Shown here piece after piece: positions 1-9,809 of a DNA stretch of 64,000 bases (positions within the stretch are counted from its first letter, which is position 1; each line of letters begins with the position of its first letter). The stretch comes from Candidatus Chisholmbacteria bacterium. Lineage in GTDB: Bacteria; Patescibacteriota; Microgenomatia; UBA1400; Chisholmbacteraceae. Made by a program: the position numbers and the translations under genes. The notes below the pieces were generated by a model, which was not told the origin of the DNA, searched no databases, and saw only the letters and a list, made by a program, of their open reading frames with translations. The stretch is taken from assembly GCA_963704905.1 (NCBI GenBank), contig CAVPHZ010000002.1:428905-492904 (forward strand), given 5' to 3'.

Positions 1-261
1 AGAACTAAACCCAATCAAACGTGGGATCTTCTCATCTATTCCTCCGGCGAAGCACTAGTTGGAGCTGAACAGAAAGTATTGGGTGGTTTTCCAACATTAA
101 CTGACTGCTACATGAGTGCTTGGAGAAAAACTCCTGTAAACGGCACGTTTAGGTGTGGTTATAATTGCTACAATAGCGCCTCCGAATCAACTAGCTCTGG
201 AAAAAGAGTTAGTCAAAGCCTGTGTAATAACTACCTCTGTGAAGAATTCAATTTAGAATAA
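1..261 (+). CDS. 3' end of a CDS entering from upstream of the window; Cys-rich C-terminus, function unknown
   Basis: Frame 1 is open from nt 1 to the TAA at 259-261 with no stop. The translation is Cys-rich (CGYNCYNSASES...LCNNYLCEEF). The ORF track only lists the Met-initiated part 79..261. Confidence 0.3.
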   Translation, partial: RTKPNQTWDLLIYSSGEALVGAEQKVLGGFPTLTDCYMSAWRKTPVNGTFRCGYNCYNSASESTSSGKRVSQSLCNNYLCEEFNLE

Positions 262-465
262 GAAACTCCCTCCTCCTCAACAACACCTTTTATGGCACCC
301 TCATCCTCTACTTCATCAATCTAAAATTTCTTCAAGAAGAAAAAACTTGATGTTGAACTGAATAGAACAACGTCATTTCAGACTCACGATCGTGAACTCT
401 GGAACACAAACCCCACCATAGTATGTTGTTCTGCTTGATCGCTACTGCTACACTATGGCCAATCT

Positions 466-1152
466 ATGGCTAAAAGTCCGATTCTGAGCCAGCTGAAAAG
501 TGAAGTTGCTACCAGGTTGAACCTCCCGTTTCTCTACAGAAAATCCTCATATTCCCAAGAAGGAGAAGATTTGATACTCCAGAAGCTCTTCAGAGGATTA
601 AAAAAAGGTTTTTACGTCGATGTCGGCGCCTATCACCCCTTTCATTTCAGCAACACTCAGCTCCTTTATGAACAAGGTTGGTGTGGCATCAACATTGAAC
701 CGACTCCAGGGAGAATCGATCTATTCAACCGTGTGAGACAAAGAGACATCAACATCGAAACCGCAATTAGTGCAAGAAAAGAATCGCTTACCTTCCACAT
801 GTTCAAAGATGCTGCATTGAACACCTTTGATACCCAGAGATCTAGTGTAATTCGTAAGTCCAATCAATCCCGATACATCGGTAATATTCAAATAACCACA
901 ACTCCACTCTCAACTATTCTGAAAGATAAAGCGAAGCATAACATCAATTTGCTCAATATCGACGTTGAAGGATTTGAAACTCTGGTGCTTAAGTCAAATG
1001 ACTGGAAACACTTCAGACCAGATGTAATATTGGTTGAAAACTTCCACTATCTCCCCTCATTCTCCTACCTAAGAAAATACGAATACGTCCCTTTCGCTCA
1101 AACCTATTCCACACAATATTTTCGAAAGAAAAACCTAAAGATACAAGTCTAA
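466..1152 (+). CDS. FkbM-family (Methyltransf_21-like) methyltransferase
   Basis: 228-aa ORF with SQEGEDLIL...GFYVDVGAYHPFHFSNT...GWCGINIEP, which resembles the FkbM-family SAM-MT core. The next gene starts 1 nt after its stop (operon). Confidence 0.45.
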   Translation: MAKSPILSQLKSEVATRLNLPFLYRKSSYSQEGEDLILQKLFRGLKKGFYVDVGAYHPFHFSNTQLLYEQGWCGINIEPTPGRIDLFNRVRQRDINIETAISARKESLTFHMFKDAALNTFDTQRSSVIRKSNQSRYIGNIQITTTPLSTILKDKAKHNINLLNIDVEGFETLVLKSNDWKHFRPDVILVENFHYLPSFSYLRKYEYVPFAQTYSTQYFRKKNLKIQV

Positions 1153-1153
1153 T

Positions 1154-2572
1154 ATGCGCAATATAATCCCTCTCATCGGACTATTTATTGTGAGTATAAC
1201 AATTACTCTATACTCAATCTATTGTTCCTTAAATTTTAATCAGCTAGTACATGCAGTTTTTACCGGAAATGAGAACGATGTTGCCTACTCGCATAGGAAT
1301 CTTTCCTACTGCGGCTTTCAGAACCTCCCGCTCTTCTCTCGTCTACCAACACTCTTAGATAACAAAACCTACATCGTTCTACTTCAAAACAATACCGAGC
1401 TTCGGCCAAGTGGAGGATTTATGGGTTCGTATGCAAAACTCAATTTTAAAAATGGAGTACTTGAAAACTGGACCATCAATGATATTTATGTACCAGACGG
1501 ACAACTCAAGGGACATGTAGACTCCATCCCTCCCCTGCAGCAGGCATTTTGGACTGGGGACTGGAGACTCAGAAATAGCAATTGGCATATAGACTTTGCT
1601 AATTCCTCTCAAGACATTGAATGGTTTTTTCAAAAAGGCGGTGAAGAGAATAGTGATGGCATCATCGCCGTCAACCTTGGCCTTATTCAGAAGTGGCTTG
1701 AGATCATAGGTCCGGTAAAACCCTTAGATTTCCCCGAAACAGTGACCACTGAAAACTTCTACGAACTCGCCCAACGCTATGCCGAGGAGGATTTTTTCCC
1801 TGGATCTCAACGGAAAAGCACCTACCTCTCAGCCGTTGGCGACGTGCTTTGGGAAAAAACGCTAAACGTAAATAGCTGGAAAAAAATCAGACTCGCTCAC
1901 CTGCTGCTAACTCAGCTCCAAGAAAAACAAATCCTCATCAGTATAAAAAACCAACCATCTCAAGAAGAAATATCTCGACAAGGCTGGGATGGTACGCTTG
2001 GTGGATATGAGCAGGATTTCCTGTACGCTGTTGAATCGAATCTCGGTGCCAACAAAGCTAACTGCTGCATAAAACGCAAAATCTATCACGACGTTACGAT
2101 GAAAACTGGCATCACAAACACGACCACGTTCAAATGGGAGAACCAGAACGCCTCAAGCATTGCCCAACCTCCACTCAGCTGGGGTGGAGACTATTTAAAC
2201 TACCATAGAGTTGCTCTACCTCGAGATGCATCCGTTGTAAAAGTGACAGTCAATGGAAAAGCACGCACGCAATCAATCAAACAAGACACCATAAAACCAC
2301 CAACCATCAAAAAAGACACGAGCTTTACCATCGAAGAATATGGTGACTTCCAAATCGTCGGATTTTGGGTCATTGTTCCCTCACAGGAAAAATCCGAGGC
2401 CAAAATCACCTACAACCTTCCTGAGCCAGAAAATGCAGATCAGTATAATCTTGTCGTAAAGCGACAACCAGGTATCTACGAACTGCCTTTCGCTCTTACC
2501 GTCAATGGAAAGCCATATGCCAACCAAATCTTGACTAACGATGCCACATTCCATATCAAAGACCTATATTAA
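1154..2572 (+). CDS. DUF4012-domain membrane-anchored protein
   Basis: 472 aa with an N-terminal TM helix (IIPLIGLFIVSITITLYSIY) and the motif LLQNNTELRPSGGFMGSY typical of DUF4012 cell-envelope proteins. Confidence 0.5.
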   Translation: MRNIIPLIGLFIVSITITLYSIYCSLNFNQLVHAVFTGNENDVAYSHRNLSYCGFQNLPLFSRLPTLLDNKTYIVLLQNNTELRPSGGFMGSYAKLNFKNGVLENWTINDIYVPDGQLKGHVDSIPPLQQAFWTGDWRLRNSNWHIDFANSSQDIEWFFQKGGEENSDGIIAVNLGLIQKWLEIIGPVKPLDFPETVTTENFYELAQRYAEEDFFPGSQRKSTYLSAVGDVLWEKTLNVNSWKKIRLAHLLLTQLQEKQILISIKNQPSQEEISRQGWDGTLGGYEQDFLYAVESNLGANKANCCIKRKIYHDVTMKTGITNTTTFKWENQNASSIAQPPLSWGGDYLNYHRVALPRDASVVKVTVNGKARTQSIKQDTIKPPTIKKDTSFTIEEYGDFQIVGFWVIVPSQEKSEAKITYNLPEPENADQYNLVVKRQPGIYELPFALTVNGKPYANQILTNDATFHIKDLY

Positions 2573-2749
2573 TATAGTGAACAGAAGTTCTCGTTCGAGA
2601 AACGTACATCACGTACTAGTGAATAATGCTAGAAGTTATGCAATCCCTACTCATTCATGAGTACAAGAGACTGTGAAGAATATTAACGAAAGACTCATAG
2701 TACATGTAAAATAAAGTAGCAAAACGGAACGCTATTACTATAAGTTTGA

Positions 2750-3535
2750 CTACCCCTTATCTATCTGTTGAAATTTGTACACCATTGAAGTGATTATGCT
2801 CCTGGGCATTAGTCGAACAAACCAGACAATCAATTGATTCGCTATCCCATGCACAGCCACAACTTTCCCATCCTTCATTGCCTGATAGCCATACCGCGCA
2901 ACCTCTTGAGCATCAGGAAACGTTTTGCCCTTAATAAGTTTCGATTCCTCAAGTTCTGAAGCTTTTTGAAAACCTGTAGCAGTCGGTCCTGGACAAAGTG
3001 CAGTCACACTGACTCCCATTCCCTCAACTTCCTTTGCCAACGCTTCACTGAAAGAAAGCACATATGCCTTGGTCGCGTAGTAGACAGCCATAAGTGGCCC
3101 TGGCATGAATGACGCAGTGGAGGCGACATTCACGATCTTGCCGCTCCTGTTCCGTAACATCGATGGAAGGAAAAACTTGGACATTTCCGTCAAGGTAACG
3201 ATATTTAACTGAATCATCGCAGACTCTTTTTTCCAATCGGTTCGAGAAAATTCACCAAACAGTCCAAATCCGGCATTATTGACTAAAACATCAATACTCA
3301 TCTTTTTTCGCTGAAGATGATCATAGATGCTCTTTACAGCTCCTTCCTTTGAAAGGTCCTGCTCAAGAACATAAGCCTGAATAGAAAAACTATTCTCTAG
3401 GTCCTTACTGATCTGCTGGAGTCGTCTTTGACTTCTTGCAACCAACACTACATCATAGCCATCTCTGGCGAGCAGCTTTGAAAATGCAAGCCCAATCCCA
3501 CTTGATGCACCAGTAATCAATGCACGTTTTTTCAT
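2750..3535 (-). CDS. short-chain dehydrogenase/reductase (SDR) family oxidoreductase
   Basis: MKKRALITGASSGIGLAFSKLLARDGYDVVLVARS is a classic TGxxxGIG Rossmann motif; NNAG and YxxxK regions are present. Start is placed at the internal Met (3535) preceding the glycine-rich motif. Confidence 0.85.
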   Translation of the reverse strand: MKKRALITGASSGIGLAFSKLLARDGYDVVLVARSQRRLQQISKDLENSFSIQAYVLEQDLSKEGAVKSIYDHLQRKKMSIDVLVNNAGFGLFGEFSRTDWKKESAMIQLNIVTLTEMSKFFLPSMLRNRSGKIVNVASTASFMPGPLMAVYYATKAYVLSFSEALAKEVEGMGVSVTALCPGPTATGFQKASELEESKLIKGKTFPDAQEVARYGYQAMKDGKVVAVHGIANQLIVWFVRLMPRSIITSMVYKFQQIDKG

Positions 3536-3807
3536 AAATGACCCGAACTGAAGACAAATATCATGAGAGATAACCCAACTCCTTGGCAGCCAAGACAAAC
3601 ATCGCATGCGACCAGAGCAAATTCACCATCTCTTCCCGGCCAAGAATACATGTAGCTTTTGGCATCCTTGGGAAAATACGGAGCCTGCACTGGCGCTGCC
3701 ACCAATGCTCCAATAGCCAGCAAACTATTTTCATATATCCGCTTCGTGGTTGAGATAACTCTCGCTATTTTCGCTTGTTCATTCATAATCAGGACTATAT
3801 CATGCAC
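3532..3807 (-). CDS. hypothetical small protein (91 aa)
   Basis: ORF only; no recognisable motif. It sits in the 350-bp gap upstream of the SDR gene. Confidence 0.15.
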   Translation of the reverse strand: MHDIVLIMNEQAKIARVISTTKRIYENSLLAIGALVAAPVQAPYFPKDAKSYMYSWPGRDGEFALVACDVCLGCQGVGLSLMIFVFSSGHL

Positions 3808-3884
3808 AAACAGGAGATCAAAGTAATCCGGCTCAAATACCTCAATAATGGAGTTGCCGTAATCATCATGTATAATCCCAGCTC

Positions 3885-4667
3885 ATGGGAATAAAAGAAG
3901 CTATTTCACATGTTAGCGATGATCCGGAGACAAACTGTGAATCTACAGTTGTTCACGCACTCCTTCCTCATCTTCCTCTCTGGGAAACCATCCAATCATC
4001 CTTGTTTAACCGATCACTGCTCCCAGACGTTGAGCATACCCTCAGGTATGAGTTTTCCCGAAATGGATATGCGCTCATTGCACTGCATTTACCTGATGAT
4101 GCAAAGCCATCTGAATTACTGTCAACCATAAAAACCATCATAAAAGGTCTTCGGGTTGATCATCCAAGTGTATATTCACCCGGCACAATGATGTATACAA
4201 AAGACGAATCCACGGACGGCGGAATTCCTGTCTATCATACGATTGGAATAGTGAAAACTCATGCTGGGAGAAAGGCAACAATCATAGATACCATACAAAG
4301 AAACGGCAAGCAAAGAAAACAGCCATTACTGAGAAAAGTACGTTGGTCAGCTTTGGATAGGCGGATTGTAGATCCAAATGTTCACAGATCAAGATTTACT
4401 GTTGACAATCCTAGAGCGATCGGATTTATCGCCAGTTCTTTTGAAGAAGCGTTAGTTACTGAACCCATGAATCAAGCGCTCTTCCAGACTCTTGTAGAGG
4501 AGTATCATGAGATACACCAGCAAATTTTTCTTCGAAGCTTCAGAAATTGGAATGTAGTCAAGAAATTACAGCAAACCAGACTATATAATGGCCGGTCTAA
4601 GAAAAGAGGCAAGAGGGAAAATCGGCTTCATGTAACACAAAACTCCAATACAAGACAATCAACTTGA
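3885..4667 (+). CDS. hypothetical protein with a basic C-terminal tail
   Basis: 260-aa ORF with a Lys/Arg-rich C-terminus (RSKKRGKRENRLH). No family recognised. Confidence 0.3.
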   Translation: MGIKEAISHVSDDPETNCESTVVHALLPHLPLWETIQSSLFNRSLLPDVEHTLRYEFSRNGYALIALHLPDDAKPSELLSTIKTIIKGLRVDHPSVYSPGTMMYTKDESTDGGIPVYHTIGIVKTHAGRKATIIDTIQRNGKQRKQPLLRKVRWSALDRRIVDPNVHRSRFTVDNPRAIGFIASSFEEALVTEPMNQALFQTLVEEYHEIHQQIFLRSFRNWNVVKKLQQTRLYNGRSKKRGKRENRLHVTQNSNTRQST

Positions 4668-4750
4668 CAATTTGAATATCTACGCTATAATTAGCACTCA
4701 ATATCAATGAATGCTAGTATTTTCCTCTGAAAATACAGCAGAAAGATAAC

Positions 4751-5386
4751 ATGAAATCGCTGAAAATTCTCACCAGCGCTTTTTTTATAGGCTTAAGCCT
4801 CCTCCTTACTGCAGGAAAGGTTCAAGCTTCTGAGGGAACTGTTGAACTTACAGGAACAACTGATGCCCGCTGCTTTGCATCCTCCATCTTGACTAAAAAC
4901 TTTCAGTACAAGGTGATAATCTCTTGTCAGAATCTCATTTACCCGGCTGGCGAAGGAAAGTTTGCCTACATTCTCTGGTCAGTTCCAAATTCCGGTGGAT
5001 CGCTAAAACTGGGAGCGCTAAGTGTTGGTAAGGCTGAATTTACGACCAAGTCAGCCTATTCACAACTCTTCGTCACTGCAGAATCCAACACTAAAGTACG
5101 AAATCCGTCCAACGATGTAATCATGCGTGGATCTGTTCAACCCATTCCATTGTTAACCTCAGGGCAAGCACAAGTACCAGAAACTCAAGTGACTTCACCG
5201 GAAGCTACGGGCCCTGCTGAAAATTTTGGCGAAATTCTCGAGGAAGCAGAACCAATACCTGCTCCAGCTGTTGAAGAAAGCACTGCAGGTATCTTAGGCT
5301 TTCTGCGAAAAGGCGGAGTCGTCTTAGCCGTCGGTATATTTGTCATCCTTCTCATCCTGGCAATCCTCACCCGAGCCAGAGGCTAG
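4751..5386 (+). CDS. secreted protein with C-terminal membrane anchor
   Basis: N-terminal signal peptide (MKSLKILTSAFFIGLSLLLTAGKVQA) and a C-terminal hydrophobic helix (VVLAVGIFVILLILAILT) followed by RARG. Confidence 0.45.
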   Translation: MKSLKILTSAFFIGLSLLLTAGKVQASEGTVELTGTTDARCFASSILTKNFQYKVIISCQNLIYPAGEGKFAYILWSVPNSGGSLKLGALSVGKAEFTTKSAYSQLFVTAESNTKVRNPSNDVIMRGSVQPIPLLTSGQAQVPETQVTSPEATGPAENFGEILEEAEPIPAPAVEESTAGILGFLRKGGVVLAVGIFVILLILAILTRARG

Positions 5387-5673
5387 TTTCCCATCCCTGA
5401 TAACCTCAACCGTAGAACGTTTTTATCCAGAGTAAGAAAAGTAAGTTCCACTAAAAAGTCATCGCCTGTTCACGGCCTACCCGCCATCACTGCGCTCAAG
5501 CGCTAACAGATGGAAGTATTTATCACGAGAAGTTTGATGTCATGAATTGAACGAGCGCCATACTCATTTGTTCTTGAGATACCCTTTTCTCTATCTATTC
5601 TTTTGTTTCCCTGAAAATATATGTTAGGGCGAGCAGTAGAATGGAGAATGATGAAAAAAATCAGAAACGTTAC

Positions 5674-7005
5674 TCAGGAATGGGTATGGGAAAGATCCCA
5701 CACCTTCTCCGTCCGCAGCCAGTCAAACGCCGTAAACACAATATCCTGATAGAGCCGTAGCGCCTCGGCTGCAGGTCCAGCAATGATCTTCTTATTCTCA
5801 ACTTCTCGTATCCCACCCTTAAATCCTTGTGCCTGTGCGACAACGTCCGCTAAGGCTCGCGCCCCACGTTCGATAAGCTCAACACTCCACCAGGGCCGAG
5901 CAGACGCCCACCAATAATGACACGAGTACAACGACTCATCCAGAAGGGTACGCGCTACACCATTAACAGCCTGTGAACCCTCATCGACCGACTGAATGGC
6001 AAGCTCGGTCAGTGCCCATTGTTTATCATGAATAACATTGTCAATATGGTGCCAGCGGGCGTAGTAGTTTTTTTCAGCCACCTCACTCTCACTCGTTCCC
6101 CAGGTACTGGGAAGAGGAACAACCTCCTCAGTAACTGGAAAATGCTCTGTCAGCTCGGAAAGCGTGATCATATCAAACGCTTTTTTGTGATACAGTTGCC
6201 CCAAAATATGATCGAGACCCTTCTGGTGATGTCCGTACGCCTCACCGTCTGTTCCGGTAAGAAGATACCGATCATGACGCGATTCAGGTCGTAAAATGTC
6301 CAAGAATTGCTCTGCCGAAGTGATCTGACCCGATGCAAGTGCATCTGAAATCACTCGTTCACGAAAATGAACCAGAAACCCATTGAGTCCTTTTATTGTG
6401 TAGAGCTGAGTGTAGTCAACGGTTCGTGTAGGATCCTCCTGCTGAGGAGATTCTCCGCCTGTAACTTTTCCAACAATGTTCCGCAGATCTGAACCACCGC
6501 TATAAAAGCCAGGGGTATGAGAGTAGTCATATTCTCGCTGTGCCAAATACCCGGAATAAGAGATTTCATCGACAATCATCCAGTAATAGCCAAGATCGGA
6601 AGCAATCTCCGCCACCCGATACTCATACCCTGCTTCAGGGCTATAAAATCCACGCGGTTGATAAGCACTACCAAAGTATGAGTGATGAACATCATTATTA
6701 AGATTGATTTGACGGATTATTTCACTATCAGGTATTTTTGGTAAAAAAGGATGATACATTGTCCCTGCTGTTAACTCTATCTGTCCTCGAGATACCAATG
6801 CTCTCAAACCATCAATCACGTCATGGTAGCCCTCATCATCCATGGTAACCAGCAAACAGCCAACCACCGACATGGTAATCCTCGCATGGGGATTTTCGTT
6901 TAAAATTGAAATGACAGCCCGATACGACTCCTGCACGACTTTCTCAAGAATAAATGACTTTTGATCTGGAGGTTGATAGATGTGAAGAAAATTTGCCCAT
7001 TTCAT
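5674..7005 (-). CDS. glycoside hydrolase family 57 protein
   Basis: GH57 conserved regions: HIYQPP (I), GQIELT (II), DGEAYGHH (IV, catalytic Glu region), CHYWWASARPWW (V). It is a paralog of the adjacent gene. Confidence 0.65.
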   Translation of the reverse strand: MKWANFLHIYQPPDQKSFILEKVVQESYRAVISILNENPHARITMSVVGCLLVTMDDEGYHDVIDGLRALVSRGQIELTAGTMYHPFLPKIPDSEIIRQINLNNDVHHSYFGSAYQPRGFYSPEAGYEYRVAEIASDLGYYWMIVDEISYSGYLAQREYDYSHTPGFYSGGSDLRNIVGKVTGGESPQQEDPTRTVDYTQLYTIKGLNGFLVHFRERVISDALASGQITSAEQFLDILRPESRHDRYLLTGTDGEAYGHHQKGLDHILGQLYHKKAFDMITLSELTEHFPVTEEVVPLPSTWGTSESEVAEKNYYARWHHIDNVIHDKQWALTELAIQSVDEGSQAVNGVARTLLDESLYSCHYWWASARPWWSVELIERGARALADVVAQAQGFKGGIREVENKKIIAGPAAEALRLYQDIVFTAFDWLRTEKVWDLSHTHS

Positions 7006-7006
7006 G

Positions 7007-8194
7007 TCATGTCCTTCCTTTCCCGCCCAAGATTCGCTCCCGTTGCTTTTTCATTCGCAGTCTGTTCATCACCTGTCTCAAAGTATGTTGACAAAGGTAC
7101 CGAATCCGGCGTTTCTGTTTTTCAGTTGCGCTATCCGAATACTTGACCGCGTCACAAAACATTTCCGCTCCGCGATACACCATCCCCGGATGCCAATATG
7201 GTTTTCCCGATGACCACCAATAGGTGTCAGAGTTAAGGGCTTTATCAAGAAGTTCTCGGGACGTATCATCCTCAACATGAACTTCATGCAGTGCCAATGA
7301 CCGGATTTCATTTAATACAGAGTGAACAGGATTTTCAGGATTTCTCCAGCGCACCCAGACGCGTTGGCCATCAACAAACTCTGTATATCCCCAGGTTGAA
7401 GACAGAAGTTCTGTTTGTACCCGCTTCGGATAAAGAGAGTCAAGCTCAGATATCGTCGTCAGCTGTACCCGCTTATCATCCCTATTTGCTTTGAAAAGAT
7501 CACGCAGTAGAACTAGCTGCTTTGGCTGATGATGGCCAAATGTCTCACCATCCATGGCAAAAATGACATACTGCCGCTTACGACATTCCTTATCAGTCAT
7601 AAAACGGAGTAGACCAAGCATGGTTCGAACTCTCCCAAAAGCTATTCGGTAGCTAAGCTCATCTTCTCGAGGAAATGCGAGTAACCGTCCGGAAGAACTA
7701 CGATAAATATGACTGAGATATTTCTCCCACGTAGCTACTGCTGTACCGTCGACAATGATCCACTCAAAGCCGTGCTTCTCGACCACCTCACCGACTCGAT
7801 AATCATAAGCCATTTCTGGAGGAAAAAAACCACGGGGTTGATAAGCACTACCAAAGTATGACTGATTGATACTTGTATTCAGATTGATTTGACGGGATAT
7901 TTCTCTTTTCGGTAAATCAGGTAGTATTGGATGATACGCAGCTGATCCAGTAAATTCGATCTGACCGCCATATGCTAAATGTGCCATTCGCTCAAGCAAT
8001 CGCTCCTCTCCCACTTCATAAAGTTGCTGTGTAAGTGAAGCATTGATATTTAGTGTAATCTTAGCCATTGGAAACTCTTCAAGAAGCGAAATAATCTTTT
8101 CATACGACTCCCCCGCAATCTTCTTGGTCATCTTCCGATCTTGCGTGGGAGGTTGGTAAATATGTAAGAAAAGACAGAAATGCATACCGATCAC
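7007..8194 (-). CDS. glycoside hydrolase family 57 protein (tandem paralog)
   Basis: Same GH57 regions: LHIYQPP, GGQIEFTG, AMDGETFGHH, DTYWWSSGKPYW. It shares FGSAYQPRGF with the neighbour. Confidence 0.65.
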   Translation of the reverse strand: MIGMHFCLFLHIYQPPTQDRKMTKKIAGESYEKIISLLEEFPMAKITLNINASLTQQLYEVGEERLLERMAHLAYGGQIEFTGSAAYHPILPDLPKREISRQINLNTSINQSYFGSAYQPRGFFPPEMAYDYRVGEVVEKHGFEWIIVDGTAVATWEKYLSHIYRSSSGRLLAFPREDELSYRIAFGRVRTMLGLLRFMTDKECRKRQYVIFAMDGETFGHHQPKQLVLLRDLFKANRDDKRVQLTTISELDSLYPKRVQTELLSSTWGYTEFVDGQRVWVRWRNPENPVHSVLNEIRSLALHEVHVEDDTSRELLDKALNSDTYWWSSGKPYWHPGMVYRGAEMFCDAVKYSDSATEKQKRRIRYLCQHTLRQVMNRLRMKKQRERILGGKGRT

Positions 8195-8200
8195 GACCTT

Positions 8201-9721
8201 TTAATAATTGACTCTGTATGCCTGGTGAGGGTTTTCTTTAAGCTGCTGTTTTCGAAAATCCATCGCCCGGCTGTACACATCCTCATATCGCATAGCTGCT
8301 TTATCCCAGGAAAAATCTTGCCGCATACAATTTCGAACCAGCTTTCTCCAGGAATTTGGTTGTTGGTAGACCATCAAAGCTCGAGTAATAGCCCCCATAA
8401 AAGCCAAGGAGTGATATTTTTCAAATGCAAATCCAGTTCCGCTCCCATTAAGTAGATCATACTCAGAAACACTGTCTGCCAGCCCTCCGGTTGCCCGAAC
8501 TACTGGAACCGCTCCATACCGCATGCCTTCAATCGCCACAATTCCTCCTGGTTCCCATCGGCTGGGAAGCAGCAATATATCAGTCCCAGCAAATATCTTC
8601 CGAGGTAAAGTAAAGTTTGGCATCAGATGAGTTCCAACCCGCTTCGGGTAGCGTTTCTCCAGCTTCTGGAAAAAATCTCGGTACTGGGGATCTCCTCCGC
8701 CCATAGCGATAAATTGGATATTGTACTCCTTGAGTACAAAAGGCAGCACATCTTGAACAAGATCAAGACCTTTTTGAGTATCTAATCGACCTATCATCGA
8801 GAAAAGAGGAATCTGTGGATCTACTTCTAAGTTAAACTCCTTTTGCAGGTCAAGCTTGTTCTCAACTCGCAGATCAAGTGTTGCCAATGAGAATGGTTTT
8901 TTGATAAGAGAATCAAATTTTGGATCAAATTCCTTATAGTCCAATCCGTTGAGAATGCCATAGGTCTTGGTCCGCACTTCTTTGAGCAGGTTATGCAATC
9001 CGGCTCCGAATTCCTTCGTCATGATCTCGCGGGCATGGGTTTCGGAAACCGTATTGATTGCGTCAGCATAGATAATCCCCCGCTTGAGGGAATTCTGCTT
9101 GTACAATCGCGGCGAAAACATGGGTGCCAATGGCCCCTTTCCATCATCAAAGTCTAAGTCCGATGCGTTACCAAAATCAAACACACCCTGGTGCAGATTG
9201 TGAATAGATAACAGTGTTGCAGTTTTTCGCAGAACTTTATCAGTGGCATAGCGGGTTCTCAGATCATTTACCAGATAAGAAGTATGCCAGTCATTGACAT
9301 GAATGATATCTGGAATCCAACCTTTTTTCCGCAGTGTTTCAATCGCCCCCCGGGATAACAATGCGAACCGGATCTGGTCATCATCGTAACCATATACATT
9401 ACTGCGCTTCTCAAAGTATTCTTGGTTCTCAAGAAAACAGACCTGCGGATCTTTCGCTCCCCCCTTATAGCTTTTTACATTACAAATCAGCTTTCGTGCC
9501 CCCTGCTTCTCTCCTGTTGGCACGGCCAATCCGGCTACATTCATCTTGAGTTTAAAGCCTTTTTCATCAAGTGTTCCGTACTTTGGCGTGAACATTCGCA
9601 CATCATGTCCAAGTTTGATCAGCGCTCTGGGGAGAAAGTACATTACCTGAGAAAGACCGCCAACAGATGAGAAAGGCGCAACTTCGGCAGCTGCGATGAA
9701 TATTTTCAATTTCTTCTCCAT
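8201..9721 (-). CDS. glgA: glycogen/starch synthase (GT5)
   Basis: The N-terminus KIFIAAAEVAPFSSVGGLSQVMYFLPRALIKLGHDVRMFTPKYG matches the GlgA ADP-glucose-binding signature. 506 aa. Confidence 0.8.
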   Translation of the reverse strand: MEKKLKIFIAAAEVAPFSSVGGLSQVMYFLPRALIKLGHDVRMFTPKYGTLDEKGFKLKMNVAGLAVPTGEKQGARKLICNVKSYKGGAKDPQVCFLENQEYFEKRSNVYGYDDDQIRFALLSRGAIETLRKKGWIPDIIHVNDWHTSYLVNDLRTRYATDKVLRKTATLLSIHNLHQGVFDFGNASDLDFDDGKGPLAPMFSPRLYKQNSLKRGIIYADAINTVSETHAREIMTKEFGAGLHNLLKEVRTKTYGILNGLDYKEFDPKFDSLIKKPFSLATLDLRVENKLDLQKEFNLEVDPQIPLFSMIGRLDTQKGLDLVQDVLPFVLKEYNIQFIAMGGGDPQYRDFFQKLEKRYPKRVGTHLMPNFTLPRKIFAGTDILLLPSRWEPGGIVAIEGMRYGAVPVVRATGGLADSVSEYDLLNGSGTGFAFEKYHSLAFMGAITRALMVYQQPNSWRKLVRNCMRQDFSWDKAAMRYEDVYSRAMDFRKQQLKENPHQAYRVNY

Positions 9722-9809
9722 ATTGCTGCCAAGTATAGCACACCCTCATGGGGGGAAAAAGCACACTGGATACGCACTGATTCAATTAAATAAGTTAGGA
9801 GTCAAAGAC

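Noticed and set aside
6019-6294. Short ORFs antisense to the GH57, glgA, leuS, argS and ATP synthase genes listed in the ORF track
   Set aside because: All are under 100 aa, embedded antisense in strongly supported genes, and lack ribosome-binding context or motifs.
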